64,000 nucleotides of DNA, from contig NMRA01000005.1 of assembly GCA_002633005.1 (NCBI GenBank), positions 1,535,236 through 1,599,235 on the forward strand, read 5' to 3'. The DNA is from Phoronis australis (taxonomy: Eukaryota; Animalia; Phoronida). Shown piece by piece: positions 62,766-64,000 of the stretch. How positions within the stretch are numbered: position 1 is the first letter of the stretch; every line of letters begins with the position of its first letter. The position numbers were made by a program, and so were the translations under genes. Below the pieces are notes generated by a model. It was not told the DNA's origin. It did not search any database and was given only the letters and a program-made list of their open reading frames with translations.

Positions 62766-63921
62766 CTGAGTAATTAGAAAATACCATATGTGCAGTCTCC
62801 CTGCCAGGAATCAGTTGCTTATCTCTTTCTGTGTTCCTATGCACACATGTAGCACGCGCCGAGTGGTGGAATTTGGACATGTTCAATATCTCATATCTTT
62901 ATGTGTTCAAGCGTTTTATAACTTTTTAATAAAATTGAAGGTACTCTGTGTACTGTTTTGAGGCTCATTATTGTAAATCGACTCTAAGATAACATATTTA
63001 CCTGTTTTGATGTCACCTGAATGACATTTCCAATGTCATTGCCTGTGGTATGAATGTATCCGATCTCAAGTTTCCTTCTGCATTCTGCACACTTGATCGT
63101 GCAGTTTGTAATAGGGTTTTTATTTTAAAATAGTATTAGTATTGGTTAAATTTTGTTCAATCTATCACAATGTTAATTTTAAGCGTGAGTTTTACACGGT
63201 CAAATTTTGATGCTGTTTACTTTTACTCAAAATATATCTGCAATAAAAATTATCGTATCCCATCATACCCATATGTTTATATCGAGTATCAACCAAGCAG
63301 TCGCCTGGGTTTATGTTGGAACAAAGCATGCATGTGGTGGACTGGACGTTCTGGATTCAACACGAGGTAATTGCCGTCAAAACCTTCGAAATGTGCGTTG
63401 GTTACTAAATAAATGTCACACGAAGGATATTGCACTGGACGACATCAATAACACGTTTCTGTAAACAGTTATTAAAAAAGATTCACGGAACAGCCATGAC
63501 ATCGCTTAATATACGTAGCAGGATATCTGGAAACGGACACAGCAAAGTACTAACCTATTTTGAAGTCCTTGCCTGTGGTATGAATAAATCCGATATCACA
63601 ATTCCTTCTAAACTACGTACATTGTCGAGTAAGTCAGTGTGTCCATACAACAAGCAGTGGTGCAGTAATAGGGTTTTTATTTTGAAATAGTCTTAGTATT
63701 AGTTAACGATTGTTAAATCTATCACTATGCCTTATTTTAGGCGAGAGTTTTCCATGGCCCAAATTTGAGGCTGTTGTCTTACATTTACTCAAAATATTTC
63801 TGCAATCAACTTTGTTGTCCACTTCCTACCCATGATTCTATCGAGTACCAACAAACCAATCACCCTTGTATATAATGCTAAAAAGCATGCATGTGGTTGA
63901 CTGGCGATGTGATTGTCGTCA

Positions 63922-63922
63922 A

Positions 63923-64000
<78 letters not shown>
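63922..64000. repeat. (AACGGC)n hexanucleotide microsatellite
   Basis: Perfect repeat running to the window end. Confidence 0.98.

Larger units (their letters stand above)
59820..63900 (+). pseudogene. Second degenerate LRR (TLR-like) gene, split by a hAT element and with an internal ~530-bp duplication
   Basis: Across the hAT insertion: TICSSLLSN*KIPYV / LPGISCLSLS (LRRNT-like); AFYNF/KLKVL; FHGPNLRLLS/TQNISAI; GLDVLDSTRGNC; GTAMTSLNI. Segments 63041-63350 and 63571-63905 are diverged direct repeats. Confidence 0.5.

Noticed and set aside
63922-64000. Telomeric repeat
   Set aside because: AACGGC/GCCGTT is not a known animal telomere unit; scored as a microsatellite.

Overview
Repeat-rich, AT-rich eukaryotic (animal, probably marine invertebrate) genomic DNA with one assembly gap (15997-16290). 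The left 38 kb holds a decayed Ty3/Gypsy LTR retrotransposon (8496-12945, 5-bp TSD) inserted into a THAP-domain reading frame, at least three minus-strand exons of an uncharacterised multi-pass membrane protein gene (34521->18993), and many DNA transposon derivatives in its introns. These include a Kolobok-type element, a 5.6-kb element with 9-bp TSDs and hairpin termini, hAT-type MITEs with 5-bp TSDs and an inverted pair of hammerhead-like motifs. The most notable region is ~38.4-59.7 kb: a head-to-tail array of about 10 diverged ~1.9-kb units. Read across frameshifts, the unit looks like a Toll-like-receptor-type LRR ectodomain (LRRNT, LRRs, LRRCT) without a recognisable TM or intact TIR. 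Two Helentron-type insertions in the array carry CTCF-consensus motifs at ~140-bp spacing. A second, unrelated LRR pseudogene, split by a hAT element, follows at ~59.8-63.9 kb. All calls are by eye; no database searches were run.
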